Assembly: GCF_020745735.1 (NCBI RefSeq)
Contig: NC_083448.1
Span: 12,584,006-12,648,005 of the forward strand
Direction of reading: 5' to 3'
DNA: 64,000 nucleotides
Origin: Hemiscyllium ocellatum
Lineage: Eukaryota
Part shown: one piece after another, positions 59,259 to 64,000 of the stretch
How positions within the stretch are numbered: the first letter of the stretch is position 1
How the letters are laid out: the number at the start of each line of letters is the position of its first letter
Notes under the pieces: generated by a model
What the model saw: the letters and a program-made list of their open reading frames with translations, nothing else
Databases searched by the model: none
What the model was told of the DNA's origin: nothing
Made by a program: the position numbers and the translations under genes

Positions 59259-60283
59259 CATGTTCTCGGGGACCTGGGTTTGAATCTGAAATAAGTTTGA
59301 ATCTGATTTAAAAATCAAGAATTCCAAAGACCATGAAGCCATAATCCATTTAAGAAAAGATCTGATTTACTCCTTTTTGTGGAAGGCATTACTTTCCTGG
59401 TCTGGTCTATATGTGACTGCAGTCTCACTGCATTGTTAATGGCTCTTGCAGTTATCTATGGGCATTAAATGCTGGTTTGGCCACAGATGTCTCTGTCCTG
59501 TTAATGAAGATGAAACAAATCTCCAATCAACTGTATCAGTTGCAAATTTTACCCTTGATACCAGTTTGCCAAATTAATAGGTTAATGATCTTGAATGGAA
59601 CACTTGTCAGAGCTGATGGTTCTTTTAGATTGGGCTAATGTTTCAGAGGGCATTAATGGCCAATGCATTGATTGCTGTTGACTGTCCCTATTGTAACTGT
59701 AATTCATTTTTATATATCAAAAATGAGTTTGTTTTTAAGAGTCGAGGCAAATATAGGTAATAATGGGTGTTCGAGTTTGATCAAAAGTTATCAGCACGAG
59801 TTTGTCTCTGCATTTGAGTCAAAACCATTATTTGGAAGGTTCATAAATTTTCAACAAATGATGCATGATTGCTTGTGTTATGGGCACATCAAACTCTCTC
59901 TAAGTATGCTAAGAGTGTAATCTGGACGCTAACTCTTTCTTAGTTTAGTAGTAAGGGTAAGGTGTTGTGTTCACCTCTTATAGCCATAGTATCGAATATG
60001 TTGTGAAACGTCTAAGGCATAGAAAGTTGAAATAGGCAAGGTCTTTTCCTTGGGGTAGTGGAGTCCAACACTAGATGACATAAGTTTTAAGGTGAGTTGA
60101 CAAAGATTTAAAAAGGATCTAGAGTCATTACTTTTGAATCATTGAAATGCCTGCATTGATGGAGTCTTTTTGTGGAACAAACAACTTTCAGATAATTCAA
60201 AAAGTTGTCGCTTTGTTGTGGAATTCAGGTTTGTGATTGAACTTTCCTGATTTGACTAATAACTGTGTGCACTTCATCCACAG

Positions 60284-60344
60284 AGTTGAGAACCAAGATT
60301 TAGAAGCCTTCACTTCAGGGTTTGCCATGGATGCAAAAACACAA
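60284..60344 (+). CDS. Probable exon of the unidentified fourth gene (ATG 60327, MDAKTQ)
   Basis: Branch point tgactaat plus ttcatccacag acceptor; strong Kozak gccATGG; donor gtatgt. Confidence 0.45.
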
Positions 60345-63243
60345 GTATGTCATTTAATACTGGCAATAGTTCTTTCTTCTGAATAAGATTTGAGATGTAA
60401 TAGCTACGCAACAGTCATAGTGTGAAACCAAATTCAGTGAAATGGATAGCCTCACATACAATTCCCAGCATTTAACTGTAACATAGAGAGCAATAAGAGC
60501 TGGTATAAAACCAAATACTTGTGCTTGGTGAGTCAACTATTTCAGCCAAGGCAGTTCATGAGATGTTCTGATAGGTTTATGACACAATGGCCTGTGAGTG
60601 ATAAATAATTTGATCATTGACCGCTTTTTGAATAGGTTTATTAAAAAGGTGAAAGTGATACCCAATTAGGCTTTTAATTAATGTTTAAGCTTGGCTTTGA
60701 TATATTTTTCACTTGTCAAACAGTCTGATCCTGTTCATAATGCTCAATAACTTGCCACTGCATTGCTTCACTAAGAGTCAGTTCCAACAGAAGCGATATA
60801 TAGAAGTTGTGCAGGGGCAATTACCAAGTTACTTGTTTTGCGAGACATGACAAAAGCACCTGAAAATCTGTTTGCACTCAAATTAGAAAATTAATGTTGT
60901 ACGAGCAATTGCATCGATTCTTTTAACATTTCTAATATGTTCTTTAAAGTTCTTATGCTGACTGAATGTGTGTTAAATGAAAATTATTTTGATTTGGAAA
61001 ACATGTAACAAGCATTAGTTATGCTCCTGACAGGTAACTTCTGGATAAAACCTACTTTTGTGATTTAATTGACCATGGGTATAAGGTTTGGAGTTTCATT
61101 TAGTGATGTCATTGTACACTTTTCGAAAGCAGGTGAGATTTGAACCAAGCAGGAAGACTGTCACTGCACCTCAAGAGACCTCCGTTTTGTCCCTTGACTG
61201 TAACAGCCTCCTCAGAGGGCAGGGTGGATGATGCAATCACTGTAGTTCTTGGCACCAAACAGAGGCAGTTGCTTTCTGCTGACTTGCATGTGGTATCTGA
61301 ATTGTGATATGCAAACCTCGGGAGAGGAGGACCAAGTGGGTAATGGAGAGTGAGCTGTCAGATGATGACCAAGACTGGGCCAGGTGCGGTGAGTGCTAAA
61401 AAGAGAGGTTGGTGAGAAGTGTGTTTCCTGCTTGGCCATGAACACAAGGGTCTCAAGTGTGCTGTTGTAAGTTATGCAGTCACCAACCTGATTGTTTTGT
61501 ACTTGACTGGAAGGAGGAGATTTGGTTTGATAGGCCTTTGTGTTCCTGTGGTGCTAAAATGAACTGCATTGGGAATGTGGTTGTGACTAATTAATGTTGT
61601 ATGACTTTGTTATCATACTACATATTAGTTGTATTTAGTGTGATCATTAAGCACTGCCACTTGTGCTGCTCTGCTTTAATTTAAAGTCGCTAAGAAGCAG
61701 AATGATCTTTGCAATAGAAATACAGAGCAACCTTGATTATTTGAGGAGTTATTCATTTGGTTAATTGAATGCTGTATAACATAGTTTAGTCAAGCATTGG
61801 GACCTTGTGATCTTGCAGGAGAATCCGATATTTGGATAATCGAATGCTAGATAATTGAGGGAACAATTACGTAACTATATTTGGCGTTAGGATAACTTTT
61901 TGAATTATTATTATGTCATGGTTTCACGATCAATCTGCATCCTCCTCAAGTCCTAAAAGAATTGAAAACATGTGACCTCTTATGAGCTGCCCAGGGTTTG
62001 TCAGCCCATTTTTCTTTTTTTTTGAATGACCCGTGGCTGTTCTGGAGGTTACCATCCATTCCGTATTCTGTATTGTCCATCAAGTTTTGTTTCAGTGCAG
62101 TTATTGGTGTACAACAATTGTGAGTTGTTGAACTCTCCCTCACTCACTCCTGCTTAAATCTTAAAAGGTTCTGTCTTGCAATGTTTTTGTGAGTTTACTG
62201 TTGACTTCAGATATGCCAATGTTGCTTGGGAAATCAAGGTGTCAGCAGAAAAAATCCCCTTGAATTCAAACAGTGAATTTCAGGCCATTTCACTGACTTA
62301 GCTGCCTCAATAGGTTTTTGCTTGAATTGTATCCGGTTTCAATTCAGTACTGAATTGAATAAATTCTGAGCTGCAATGAAGATCAAGCCCAAAGTTAATA
62401 TTGAAGTATTATGCCTTGGTTTTATCCTGGAGACTGCTTCAAGGCGAAATATGTTCTTCGTCCACACAGTTATCTAAGGGTGACATTTTTGATTTTGGTT
62501 TTTTTGGAATGAATTATTTCTCGTCCTGTGCGGTGCTCCATAGAAATTTTACTTCTCAAAGGCAAACTAATTTGCTGCAATATCCTTGTTGTCAGTAAAT
62601 GGAGTCCTATGGTTGCGATTGAAGCTAGGTTTATAGTTAAATAAATTTCAGGTGAAACCCACTGAACCATTTGGTTTCTGTGCATCTTGCATCCTTTCCG
62701 GATCGAAGCAGATAACCATTGGTTCAGTGGTAATGGTTTCTATCTCTGAGCCTACGGACCCAGGTTCAAATCGCACCTAACTGCATCCATGGCATATTTG
62801 GCCAGGTTCCTGGGGGAAATATAAATTTGATTTTCTTTGGAAGGTGAATGGGAGTCATTTAACACATGTGAACCCTGAAGTGGTTGCTTTTTTTTTGAAG
62901 AAAGGCTAAGTTAAACTCTGTTGTCAAGGCTTCTTGTGATGCAATGGTAGTGTCCTTCTTTAGGACTAAGCCATGTCCGTTGAAATCTCATCTGCTTCAA
63001 AGGTATGCCAGAACCACTCTGGACAGGTTGGGCATCCCATGTTTTGCAACCGACAATTGACGGTTCTGTGGCACAGTGCTAATGAACCAGGAAGACCAGA
63101 TCAACTCCTACCTGATCCAAAAGTGTTATGTAACATTCCTGAGATAAATCAAATCAACCATATTCATTAAAACATAAGGTTGATTTTATTCTGAATGTTT
63201 GTTTGTTTTGGTGTATATTTTTATATGTATATTACTGTCATAG

Positions 63244-63301
63244 GAGAATCTTTCATCGGACAGTCATCGAGGCCACAGACAAGCAACGAGGAATGCATCT
63301 G
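63244..63301 (+). CDS. Possible next exon of the fourth gene (ENLSSDSHRGHRQATRNAS)
   Basis: T-rich tract plus tag acceptor, composition shift, in phase with the previous exon; donor gtagag is weak. Confidence 0.35.
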
Positions 63302-64000
63302 GTAGAGTACAAAAGTTTGCCCATATTGCCTAATGATTTTAAGAACTTGTTTATACAGTGCTCTGTGAAACGTCCAATGTAGTGGGTTCTTTTGGATCAC
63401 AGTGATGATGTAGCCAGTTTACTTCATTATGTTTGCTGGGATAGTGCCAAATGCCTCCAGAGGAGGTCAGGTATTTATTTTCTTTTTATCTGAAATGTGA
63501 TATTGCTGAGATGCTGTGTTTCTTCAGTATTGAACTGGGATGGGAGAAACTTTTGTCTCCATGTTGATGACATTATCAGAAAAATACCTTGTAGTCACAG
63601 TATAGAAGTTCAGCAATGTAAACGATTCAGTAGGAAACACGTTTGGGAATTGGCCATCTCGATGTGTGGTAATTTGAAAGAGAAGTTGATGTTGTGTGGG
63701 TTTTACATACAGAAAATAACTAAATTGTCTGTTTCCATTTTGGATCTCACCTGCAGTTAGTCACGCAAGGAGGATGTGTGGGAAATCAAGTGCTGTGCCT
63801 GAGGGAGCAGGAATGTACTTAGCCTGACTCCACCCCACCTTCAATTCATATAAACTTTCACCATGTCAGTCGTGGTGTCAAATTTAGGATATTTTAGCAA
63901 GTTAAAAATTGCACAACACTAGCTCCTTCATCAGGTAGCTAGTGGGGCAGGAGCTGAAGCAGCACTCCAAAAGCGAGTACTTCCAAATATTCCTGTTGGT

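Overview
Vertebrate genomic DNA, not prokaryotic. The repeat content (HE1-type SINEs, CR1 LINEs, Penelope-like elements) points to a cartilaginous fish, probably a shark. I built spliced gene models by hand from GT-AG junctions and reading-frame continuity. There are three complete + strand genes. (1) TMED4, 5 exons, 813-12289, 219 aa. (2) An ovastacin/ASTL-like astacin metalloprotease, 12 exons, 19730-38160, about 1326 aa. It has an unusual architecture: signal peptide, propeptide, catalytic domain, a ~900-aa single-exon region carrying about 40 decapeptide mucin-like repeats, and a C-terminal MAM domain with no membrane anchor. Its Met-turn reads SILHY instead of SxMHY. (3) DDX56, 14 exons, 41757-52868, 552 aa. 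A fourth, unidentified gene probably starts at the CpG island near 56.4-56.9 kb and runs off the window. Introns and intergenic DNA hold degraded CR1/L2/RTE LINEs, SINEs, a solo LTR, a Tigger-like MITE and a frameshifted Penelope element. They also hold several short Penelope-derived insertions with target-site duplications (TSDs) that carry minimal hammerhead-ribozyme cores. Most ORFs in the supplied six-frame track are spurious or transposon-derived.
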